A stretch of 64,000 bases of DNA from Macrostomum lignano (Eukaryota), in the NCBI GenBank assembly GCA_002269645.1, contig NIVC01001265.1:124001-188000 (forward strand), given 5' to 3'. The position numbers and the translations under genes are program-made. Under the pieces are notes generated by a model, which had not been told where the DNA came from, made no database searches, and was given only the letters and a program-made list of their open reading frames with translations. Shown here one piece after another: positions 26,594 through 38,800 of the stretch. Numbering within the stretch: position 1 is the first letter of the stretch; each line of letters starts with the position of its first letter.

Positions 26594-27540
26594 ATGGCTG
26601 GACGTCCCCCTAGGCCAACTTGGATAATGCCACCGAATGAAGCACTACCGCACGATGCCATTCTTTAACTGCAGCTCAACACTTGCAAACTTTTTATGGT
26701 GACAACAATGACGGAAGCCACTATGCAGTGATTGGCAAAATATGGCCTAATTTCCAATCAACAAGTATGTGGCTGCCTTGTTGATACAGGTGATGATACA
26801 TCAATGAGTTTATAATGTAGAGAAAAGCAATGGTACTTGGATAAGCATGCCTGGGATTGCAAGAATTGTTGATCACAGGTAAATATACATAAGGGGAATT
26901 TATTTAAATGTAGCCATCTGGAACTCCAGCAGCTCATTACCTTGATCTACTACTGGGCCAGAGATAAAAGCAAGACAATAGTGATGTACAAGTGCAAGAT
27001 GGCCAACCACACTGCTATTGATTGGCTTAACTTTGTCCAAGACATCTGCAGCCAGTTTGTGCAATTGGGCAGACCTGGTTCAACCATTGAAATTGATGAG
27101 AGCAAATTCTTCAATTGGAAATAATATCCAAGGTGACTGGAAAGAGGGTCATTGGGTCCTTGGAATGGTGGAGAGAGGGACCAACAAGTGCATAATAGTC
27201 AGGGTGCCTGATAGGACTGCCAATATTATGCTGCCCATCATCCAACAGCATATCCTACCAGGTACTAGAATCCTCATTGATAGCTGAAAAGCTTACAACT
27301 AGCTTGCCAACCATCAGTTTGTCAACTATCGCCTACATTTTGTAGATCCAAATGACCCAACCCTGCATATAAACACTATTGAAGGCATATGGACTCACTA
27401 TAAAGCCAAGTTCCAGCAGCTTAAAGAGACTTTGAGTGAGCTCTTTGAGTCCTATATTTAGGAGTTCATATGACGGTGTGCACATAGAGATCCAGAAGCA
27501 ATATTTGCCAACATCCTATACTGGATCTATCATTATTACT
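26594..27540 (+). pseudogene. Degraded Merlin / IS1595 (ISXO2-type) DDE transposase
   Basis: Fragments across stops and frameshifts: WDCKNC (Zn ribbon), TAIDWLNFVQDIC, TIEIDESKF, GHWVLGMVERGT, VPDRTANIMLPIIQQHILPGTRILIDS*KAY, VNYRLHFVDP..HINTIEGIW, ESYI*EFI*R. TIRs and TSD not located. Confidence 0.8.
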
Positions 27541-28696
27541 AATAATAATGAATCTATAGCAGAAATAATTTTGTGAACAAACTATACTAATGTAATGCTG
27601 TACTATAATATAAATAATAAATAAATGATAATTTTTTAATTATAATGTATATGTAACTATTGTAACTATTATAAATAATATAATGTTGTCAATTTTATAG
27701 TATATATTATACCAAGATATTAAACATATACCAAAAGCTCAAAATCACTTTTTGTATAGCAACATATATGCCAAATTTCTTAAGTGTACCTTGGAAATTT
27801 CTGGCATACATGCCTTTTTCCTGACTATGGGCTATAGATATTATAGGCCTAAGTCTAAGAAAAATTTAATTATAACAATGTATGTAATACTCCACCAAAA
27901 AACATATCTTGATTCTTGATATCTATAGCATAAAATAAAAAAGTTTCATTTCAAAACTGCATAAAAACAAAATTTTATCAACTGGGTCTATAATATAAAT
28001 AAATAGAAGATAAGGCATGTACATTGTATATGGCTTTATAGGCCTAGCCTTATTGAATTAATAATACAATCTGTATACTTTATTAGTCTATTATTTTATT
28101 CTTGATGTTCAGAAACTTATACTAATAACTAAACTGAAATAGTCTAGGAAATATATCAATTAGACCTTGAATTGAGCTTAGGCCAGCTAGCCAGGGGCTA
28201 TGGGGCTTAGGGTCAAATTATTATTTCTAAGCCATAATTTAAACTGTAACACTAAAGCTATAAACACAGTCTAGTTACTAGTTGCTAAAGCCTAAAATAA
28301 AAAGAAAGCAAGGCATGTGGCTTTCATGTCAGCTTCAGCAGCCTCTAAAAATTTTAAGGCATGTTACACGTATAAAGTCACTAGACAAAATAAAACAGCT
28401 AGCTACTGTACTGGGTGGTGGTAACTGGTTACTACAAATTGTGCACAAAAACTTAGTTTGGGTGCAAATTCCAAGTTCAAGAATTACGTAAAAGAATATC
28501 ACGCTATAATTGCGCACATATCAAGGCCATGCTCAGCCAGGAGTTCTTATCTTCAATTCTTCGGATTGTCGGTAGATCTTATCCTCAAATACCCCACGTT
28601 ACGAGCTGAAATATTGTTGGCTAACATGGAAGAATAGAGTGATTTTAAACTAGGAATATGGCTTTCATTTTCTATGCGGGATGTACAGTTACAGGT

Positions 28697-28747
28697 CAAG
28701 GACGACTTAAGTACTACTTAAGGACTACTTGTCTTAAGTCGTCCTTG
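28697..28747. mobile_element. 51-bp hAT-type mini-MITE
   Basis: Perfect 15-bp TIRs CAAGGACGACTTAAG / CTTAAGTCGTCCTTG, 21-bp spacer, perfect 8-bp flanking direct repeat TTACAGGT (28689-28696, 28748-28755). Confidence 0.75.
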
Positions 28748-29807
28748 TTACAGGTATTGTAAGTGAACTCTTTGAAATTGACTTTCGTTAACAAAAATAT
28801 CGACACATTTTTTCAAAAACGTCAGAAATGCATAGCAATCAATATCAAACCCATTTAAATAGTTCTTTCTGCTATTTACATTCACTAACCAAAATTTTTT
28901 AATTTTTCTCTAATTTCGTGCTTTCAATTTTGACATAGCCATTTCCTGAGGATTTTTTATTTTCGACACCTCTGCAGGGTTGCTAGAATATCACTCCGTC
29001 TCGTGTTTTACTTCCGGCCCATAAGCTGTAACCTACTATAATATTTAAACGTGCGAAAGCTTTTTACAGCATCATATGCCGATTAAAACATTTCTTTCAC
29101 ATCTTTATTATATTTTTTATATTTTTAATGTTAATTTACCATCGGTTAAGTATAAGGGCATCATTATTATTCTCCTATTTTTTAAGCTGCAAATAGAATT
29201 GTGATAATTTAGTACCTAATACCTAAATATTTAAATATTAAATTATAAAAAACATGAAGGATGACAGTTGAGAGCCTAGCATTTCCTAAAATTTTACATG
29301 AAATCCAATTATTTTTATTAGGCCTTTTTGTACTTATTACTTTTAATTTAGGCATCAGCAATTAGTAATATTATGTATTGCTTGTTTTATATTCCCTTTA
29401 TGGTTTTAATCGTAGAAATACAATATGTGTTATATGCTTCTTGAATTTTGTGTGCTTGAAGTTGACCAAACCAAACCCCACTAGAACTTTTATTGTTACT
29501 ATAGTTTTTTGGCCTAGTTTATTAATTTGTCTTGCACCATGTTTTGAGCTAGGGTAAAATCTTGTAGAGTTCCTGCCAGTTTTTTTCAATGGAATAACCA
29601 GAATTTTTCTATCAGAATACTTTTTTTATAATTTTTGCTTTACGGTTTTGATGCTTGGCCTACTAGAAGTCATGGTGGATAATATTCGATTTTCAACAAA
29701 AAACTAATAAATTAGAGATGAAATAGATATTATGCACAATTGCATCACTTCCAGCAAAAATACTGAGCTCAACTCGGTAATAAATTTTGATTGTTGGCAA
29801 AACCAAC

Positions 29808-32800
29808 ATGGCAGACATCACTGCTCACCTAGTCTGGTACAAGCTGGGCGAGGCCTGGGCCAGTGCCGACATTCTTGACGTCATCTTTCTCGGCTGGTGC
29901 GCCTTCGGGCTGGCCGTCGTCCTGCTGGCCGCGCTGCTGCCAAACAGGGACTGCTGGTCCGGGACCGCGCTGGCCCTGGGACTCAGCTGGCTGGCCTGGG
30001 TAAGACAGTTATCTGTGCGCTGAGCTGCATTTCTCCTGAGTACCCTTGAGATAGGGACTAATTACTCTTAAATCATAAGGCTGTTTTATTCATGGCTCAT
30101 TGTGTACTCAGAGTTAAGACTCAGTTATAATATACTGTAGTCCTATTTAGGTCGGGAGGAGATTCTTCTTTGTCAAAATTCAGGATTTATGAGTTGCGGT
30201 CCTTAGGGAAGACTCGGGGTCTTAGGAAGAACTCAGATTTCGTGAGTTACTTACAGAGGACACTGATGATTCATGAGACACTCTTACAGAGGACACTGAG
30301 GATTCATGATACACTTACAGAGGACACTAAGGATTCATGATACACTCAGATGATTCATGAGACACTCAGATGATTCATGAGACACTCAGATGATTCATGA
30401 GACACTCAGATGATTCATGAGACACTCAGATGATTCATGAGACACTCTTACAGAGGACACTGAGGATTCATGATACACTTACAGAGGACACTAAGGATTC
30501 ATGATACACTCAGATGATTCATGAGACACTCAGATGATTCATGAGACACTCAGATGATTCATGAGACACTCAGATGATTCATGAGACACTCTTACAGAGG
30601 ACACTGAGGATTCATGAGACACTCTTACAGAGGACACTGAGGATTCATGAGACACTCTTACAGAGGACACTGATGATTCATGAGACACTCTTACAGAGGA
30701 CACTGAGGAATCATGAGACACTCTTACAGAGGACACTGAGGATTCATGAGACACTCAGATGATTCATGAGACACTCTTACAGAGGACACTGAGGATTCAT
30801 GAGACACTCTTACAGAGGACACTGAGGATTCATGAGACACTCTTACAGAGGACACTGAGGATTCATGAGACACTCTTACAGAGGACACTGAGGATTCATG
30901 AGACACTCTTACAGAGGACACTGAGGATTCATGAGACACTCTTACAGAGGACACTGATGATTCATGAGACACTCTTACAGAGGACACTGAGGATTCATGA
31001 GACACTCTTACAGAGGACACTGAGGATTCATGAGACACTCTTACAGAGGACACTGAGGATTCATGAGACACTCTTACAGAGGACACTGAGGATTCATGAG
31101 ACACTCTTACAGAGGACACTGAGGATTCATGAGACACTCTTACAGAGGACACTGAGGATTCATGAGACACTCTTACAGAGGACACTGAGGATTCATGAGA
31201 CACTCTTACAGAGGACACTGAGGATTCATGAGACACTCTTACAGAGGACACTGATGATTCATGAGACACTCTTACAGAGGACACTGAGGATTCATGATAC
31301 ACTTTTACAGAGGACACTGAGGATTCATGAGACACTCTTACAGAGGACACTGAGGATTCATGAGACACTCTTACAGAGGACACTGAGGATTCATGAGACA
31401 CTCTTACAGAGGACACTGAGGATTCATGAGACACTCTTACAGAGGACACTGAGGATTCATGAGACACTCTTACAGAGGACACTGAGGATTCATGAGACAC
31501 TCTTACAGAGGACACTGAGGATTCATGGGTTACAGAGGACACTGAGGATTCATGGGACACTCTTACAGAGGACACTGAGGATTCATGAGACACTCTTACA
31601 GAGGACACTGAGGATTCATGAGACACTCTTACAGAGGACACTGAGGATTCATGAGACACTCTTACAGAGGACACTGAGGATTCATGAGACACTCTTACAG
31701 AGGACACTGAGGATTCATGAGACACTCTTACAGAGGACACTGAGGATTCATGGGACACTCTTACAGAGGACACTGAGGATTCATGAGACACTCTTACAGA
31801 GGACACTGAGGATTCATGAGACACTCTTACAGAGGACACTGAGGATTCATGAGACACTCTTACAGAGGAGATACTCCCAGCTGAGAAGTCGAGACCCAAC
31901 ATCTACCCTCATCATCCGATCTCAAGGCGCGCGCTTTCTATCGTCGGTTGGGCCTGACTGGCTCAAACGCGTCACCGATGACAACCGGAGCTGACGGCTT
32001 GACAACTGCCGCGGCAGATGGCGAAACCTGTCGCTGGTTAAACACCCTGGTCACGTGGTACTTTCTCAACCGGGGCGCCGTTGATCAAACTGACGGCAGC
32101 GGCGGAGGCGGAGACGACTTCGTAAACGCTTGGCTTAGGGCGCTCAATCAGGCGATGGAGAGGCGCGAGGGACCTAAAGAGAAGGTCAGTAGAATATTAA
32201 TGTCAGATTTTTTCGTTGAAAGAATTATAGAACAATGAAACTGAGCGGTTACTGATACGCAGTGACGTCCCTGACACTTAAAGTGTCGTCCCTTACACCC
32301 TGTCCCTGACATCCCTGACATCTGACAAGTGTCGTCCCTTACACCCTGTCTCTGGCATCCCTGACATCTGACAAGTGTCGTCCCTTACACCCTGTCCCTG
32401 ACATCCCTGACATCTGACAAGTGTCGTCCCTTACACCCTGTCTCTGGCATCCCTGACATCTGACAAGTGTCGTCCCTTACACCCTGTCCCTGACATCCCT
32501 GACATCTGACAAGTGTCGTCCCTTACACCCTGTCCCTGGCATCCCTGACATCTGACAAGTGTCGTCCCTTATACCCTGTCCCTGACATCCCTGACATCCC
32601 TGACATCTGACAAGTGTCGTCCCTTATACCCTGTCCCTGACATCCCTGACATCTGACAAGTGTCGTCCCTTATACCCTGTCCCTGACATCCCTGACATCC
32701 CTGAAATCTGACAAGTGTCGTCCCTTATACCCTATCCCTGGCATCCCTGACATTTGACAAGTGTCGGCCCTCATACCCTGTCCCTGGCATCCCTGACATC

Positions 32801-35800
32801 TGACAAGTGTCGTCCCTTATACCCTGTCCCTGACATCCCTGACATCTGACAAGTGTCGGCCCTTATACCCTGTCCCTGACATCCCTGACATCCCTGACAT
32901 CTGACAAGTGTCGTCCCTTATACCCTGTCCCTGGCATCCCTGACATCTGACAAGTGTCGGCCCTCACACCCATCCCTGACAGCTGACACCCTGGCACTCA
33001 AAGCAATACAATCTGTATATTAGCTATACACTATCTAGTAGTCCTTGATTAAAGCAGGCGTAGAATTGACTAACCACTACTACTGGGGAGCCGAAGAACA
33101 GAACAACAGAACAATGACTCTTCTCATATCGATCTGCAGCGGCTAGTTTTACAGACGGTGCATGCAGTAGCTCGCCAGTGCTGCTCGCTTTAATGTCCTG
33201 GCTCTCTGTCGTTCGCTCTGACAGACAAATGCGAAAACTGGTCTCAGACTGGCTTCTCCCGCTTGCTTGACTAACAGCTAACTTAGGCGAATCGAGATCA
33301 GTAGGTCTTAGTGCGCCGATACAATTTAGTTGGTCTGTCGACTGTCGGTGGAATTTTTAGGCATAAAAAGTGCAGTCATAAGAAGAAAGAAATAAAATAT
33401 AGTTGCTTACTAATGTACTAATATTCTTATACTGAACACAGCTAAGTTTTCTGACTCACATCTGACCCGTCTGAGAGTTTTCTGACCCCTCTTAGAGTTG
33501 TCTGACCCGTCTGAGAGTTGTCTGACCCATCTTAGAGTTATCCGACCAACTTGAAATTTATCTGACCCATCTGGTTGTTTTGTGTATCTGACCCACTTTA
33601 AGAGATTTCTGACCCCATGTTAAGTTGTCTGACCCCTCCTTTTTAGGGTCACCATCTGATCTATTTTTTTGAAAAGCATTACTAATGTTGACTGCACTAT
33701 GACTACAATTTGAGTGTAAAACTTCTGTCTCAATACTCGTAGTTATTTTGAGAACTGTTTACAAATTAATTTTACTGATAAACTTTTACACACGCTCCAA
33801 TTTGTTGCAGGCAATTGTCTTCGAAGAACTTCTAGTTGGCAGTCTGCCGCCAAAGATTTTGTATGCTACCGCGAAGCATTGTGACGACACTCACAACTTG
33901 GTAAATTAAACTCCAAGCCCTTACCACTTGCTTAGTTAAGGCGGAGTGAGGTGGGGTTGTCAGTGCTAAATTTACTAGCCCATCAAGATAAAGACGGCAA
34001 GAGGTGGGGGTCAGTTTTAAATTTTAGGGCAATTAAGCTAAATAAAAGCGGAGTGAGGTGGGCGTCAGTTCTAAATTTACTGGCCAATCAAGATAAGAGT
34101 GGAGTGAGGTGGTTGTCAGAAACTACTGTACTAGTGTGTTTCAACATCAACTTATAAGATTTTATGCTTTCTCAACAAAATTGAACAAAACTCCCTCGAC
34201 TCCGCGTCGCCAGGCCATCAACCTGCGAGTTCAAGCCGAAGAGCTTCGAATGAAAATTCTGTTGCCGAATTCGCCAAATCGACGCAACTGCGAAGTGATG
34301 CTCACTGACGTTAACTGCTGCGTAAGAATCTACAATGTATATGAGCTACAAAATTTGTATACCACACTCACTTTGTAGGTCTGCATCTATAACTAAGTGA
34401 GTCAGTTTAGTAGGTCAGCCTGCAAGGCCTCCGAGCTTGAGCAGTTTAGTTGCTACCCGAGACTCAAGCGACATGGGCGTGGCTGTGTAATCTCACCTTC
34501 CCCCTCTTTTTCCTCCCAGTTGCAGAGTCGGCCCTATGCAGGCTCTCCTCATTTTTTATTCAGCAAAGAAGATAAAAAAATCTTTTAAACTCCCAATCTT
34601 TGATCCTAGTCAGACATTCGATTAGATTTTGAGGATTTTTCCAAGGGATTTTTCCTCCCCCCGACAAATGCTTCGCTATAAAGGCGTGCTCAGACCCGAT
34701 CGCTGGCGGTGTCAACTGTCATTCGAGAGAGGCGAACACGTTCGGGATTAGCTGGGCAGGCACGTTTCTCTTTGAATACGTCCTCTCGGCCCGCAGGTCC
34801 TACCATGTAGACTCTAGGGGCGTTACCACAAATTTTAGGGCGCAACCTGGGTTTTTTAATTGAAGTGGTGGGCGTCTCTAAGGGGCACGAATTTTTTTTT
34901 TGGTCGCTTTAGCACTAGGGGCTTTAGCACCAGGGGCTTTAGCACCAGGGGCTTTAGCACCAGGGGCTTTAGCACCAGGGGCTTTAGCACCAGGGGCTTT
35001 AGCACCAGGGCATCATTCATTTCATTACAATCTATTACAATGCAATACAAAGAGTTGCATTTAAGAAGTCCTGTTTAGGAGCGTCGACATTAAGCAGCAA
35101 TCGCTGTCGCCCATATTAGCTGCAGTTTCTATGGGAAATTTCTACGGGAATACTCGCATGGGAAAGGCAATTAGCAACTGTTTTGAGTCCCTGCCCTCTC
35201 CGTGCCTTCGCATTTGAGAGATTTTCTCGCAGAATTAAAAATATTAATGCTGTTTACACATTTTCTGACCCTGGCGGGGGGGCAGAGACGGTTGGGTTTG
35301 GATAAATTTAGCAGTCAGAAGAAGAGGAGATAGCGCTAATCGGGAGGCTCAGCCTTATCCGTTCGACTCGTTCGAGCAGGCTAAATCGAACTCGCTCCCA
35401 CCCTGTTTTGCGGAGCCGCTTTGTCAACAGTGCTGTTTTTTAACATAAAGCAATACTCAAGCACAGAGGCCTGTGTACTTATCATCAGTGTGCGCACATG
35501 CTCCAACACAGAGGCCTGTGTACTTATCATCAATGTGCGCACATGCTCCAACACAGAGGCCTGTGTACTTATCATCAGTGTGCGCACATGCTCCAACACA
35601 GAGGCCTGTGTACTTATCATCAGTGTGCGCACATGCTCCAACACAGAGGCCTGTGTACTCATCATCAGTGTGCGCACATGCTCCAACACAGAGGCCTGTG
35701 TACTTATCATCAGTGTGCGCACATGCTCCAACACAGAGGCCTGTGTACTTATCATCAGTGTGCGCACATGCTCCAACACAGAGGCCTGTGTACTTATCAT

Positions 35801-38800
35801 CAGTGTGCGCATATGCTCCAACACAGAGGCCTGTGTACTTATCATCAGTGTGCGCACATGCTCCAACACAGAGGCCTGTGTACTTATCATCAGTGTGCGC
35901 ATATGCTCCAACACAGAGGCCTGTGTACTTATCATCAGTGTGCGCATATGCTCCAACACAGAGGCCTGTGTACTTATCATCAGTGTGCGCACATTCTCCA
36001 ACACAGAGGCCTGTGTACTTATCATCAGTGTGCGCACATGCTCCAACACAGAGGCCTGTGTACTTATCATCAGTGTGCGCACATGCTCCCTTTGTGCTTA
36101 TCATCAGTGTGCGCACATGCTCCCTGTGTACTTATCATCAGTGTGCGCACATGCTCAAACACAGAGGCCTGTGTACTTATCATCAATGTGCGCACATTCT
36201 CCATCACAGAGGCCTGTGTACTTATCATCAGTGTGCGCACATGCTCCAACACAGAGACCTGTGTACTTATCATCAATGTGCGCACATGCTCCAACACAGA
36301 GGCCTGTGTACTTATCATCAATGTGCGCACATTCTCCATCACAGAGGCCTGTGTACTTATCATCAGTGTGCGCACATTCTCCATCACAGAGGCCTGTGTA
36401 CTTATCATCAATGTGCGCACATTCTCCATCACAGAGGCCTGTGCACTTATCATCAGTGTGCGCACATGCTCCAACACAGAAGCCTGTGTACTTATCATCA
36501 ATGTTCGCATACTTAGAAGTCACCGTCTTTATGGAATATTTTTATGGCAAAATTAACCCTAAGATTCGCACATTTTATTACCAACCAGTCCAGTTGTTTT
36601 AGAGAAGTCCTTGTTTTTTTTAAAACTGTCCCTTCCAGGTTCAAGCCGAGCTTCGCCTTTGCCGCCGCGGATTCAACGGCTCCCTGCGTCTGGCCGAGCT
36701 GCCAGAAGGCTGCGCCTCTGTCCGGCTCCTGCCCGGCGCGCCTGCGGCGGCAGCGGCGGCTGAAAATTCCGACGACTGGATTGGCCGTCAGGTTGTGGCC
36801 GCGATCGCCGCCGCGGTCACCGAGATTTCCACGGCACCGGCTGGCGAGACGGCTGCCACCACCGCTGCCACCGCTGCCGTGTCGGCAGATGGCGACGCTA
36901 GCATTGATGCCGCCGCTACGTCAAGTCCGCCTCCGACGCCGTTGCCGACAACGCCCCCGCCGAGGCCGCCGCCGCCTACGCGGACATCGGTGTCCTCGTC
37001 AACCTCTTCGGCCGCGCGACCGCCGCCGTCGCCGCTGCAGCATCAACAGCAGCAGCCAATCAGCCCGATTGTGACTCCCATCGACTACGAGGTGAGGCAG
37101 TAAATTGAAGCTCGGGTTTCTTTTTTTCAAAGGGTGGGGCAAATCATCCTGTCTCGACTCTCGCGCCAGAGCATCCGGGTTCGATTCCATGCGCGGTCAC
37201 CTTGATTTGGGGCTTCTGCACAAAAAATTCGCCTGGGTTGTCACCAATGAGGGCCATCGATTGTGATTAGCTAAAAAGTGTCACAGGAGAAGCTGATAGC
37301 TAGGGTTAGACAGTAATTAAGGTCGTAGCCGATCAGAGAGCCGGGAGAAGGAGAGAGACTGATAGCTAGGGTTAGACAGTAATTAAGGTCGTAGCCGATC
37401 AGAGAGCCGGGAGAAGGAGAGAGACTGATAGCTAAGGTTAGACAGTAAGCGATGTCGTAGCCAATCAGAGAGCCGGGAGAATGAGAGAGACTGGTAGCTA
37501 GGGATAGGCAGTAATTAAGGTCGTAGCCAATCAGAGAGCCGGGAGAATGAGAGAGACTGGTAGCTAGGGTTAGACAGTAAGAGATTTCGTAGCCAATCAG
37601 AGGCCTGGAGGAGGATAGAGACTGGTAACTGCTTAAAATAGGTTTCATTGTTTTGAAATCTGAAAAAACAAATGTGCTTTAAAAATATGGAATAGAAGAG
37701 TAAGACTTTTGTTTTCTTTCAGCCACGCGATCAGCCAAAATCTCTCAATCGCACCGTAAATCGGTGCCAGAAGTCAGCTACAGGACCAGCAGCTAGTGCT
37801 AAGGTCCGTTGTGCAGTTGCAGGCTTTAGCCCTAGCAACTTCCAACCATTATTTTGTGCTTATGGCATTTCCTTGCGTCCCCGTTCCAAGATTGGTGTAG
37901 TTTGTTAGAGTGTATTTGATCGCGTCTTCATTATCTAAGATTGACACATTTTTAATGACTTAATTTTCGTTCCACTGCAAAACTCCTGTCTTGTGTACTT
38001 TTCGCTATCAGAGGTCTTATACTTTTTTGAAAACACAGTGTTGTCAAATTAGTTGTGTTATGTTATGTACCTTGATTGTTAAACACTAAAAATTTGCACG
38101 CAAAATCCAGTTTCTTCTTCGCTAGAGACTTTTTCAGTAGTATTTGTGCACTAGAGTACTGTGCTCAACCTTTTGTTGGGATTCTCAAAATTTTCGAGGT
38201 AGTTACAGGGTTCAATGATTTGCTGATAGACTAAAGTTTTAGTTTGAACTGTTTCGTGGTTATAGTGCGTGTGCATACATTGAGGGATAGACTTCGTTTT
38301 GGAGCGTGTGCGTACATTGAGGGATAGACTTTGTTTTGGAGCGTGTGCGTACATTGAGGGATAGACTTCGTTTTGAAGCGTGTGCGTACATTGAGGGATA
38401 GACTTCGTTTTGGAGCTTGTGCGTACATTGAGGGATAGACTTCGTTTTGGAGCGTGTGCGTACATTGGGGGACAGACGGGGCTTTCGGGTATTTTCATAA
38501 GCTGAGGGAAAGGCTGCTGAGGGAGCTAGTTTCCTTACATGGTACCATGATTTTCTTCACACCGTCACACACACACAGCTCGCTAGCTCAGCGCTTCGAC
38601 CTTTGGCTCTGACACCGGCTGGTAACAGCGGTAATGGCGGCGTCGGCGGCGACGGCAGACGCCTCCTAGTCAAAGTTGTGAAGGCTGGCGGCCTCCATGG
38701 TGCCGTCAGCAGCTTCAGAGGTGTTCCATCGCATCGACCTGCTGCGCAGCTGCTGACGAGAGCGATAGTTGAACTGGACAAGCCACAACAGCGGCACGAG

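Noticed and set aside
30724-31994. Long ORFs of 392-411 aa (SSVSSVRVSHE / IHETLLQRTLR repeats)
   Set aside because: Translations of a 33-bp minisatellite inside intron 1 of the C2CD2-like gene; open on both strands only because the unit lacks stops.
35381-36602. Multi-frame Cys/His-rich repeat ORFs resembling zinc-finger or metallothionein proteins
   Set aside because: A 45-bp intronic array open in several frames on both strands; no unique coding context.
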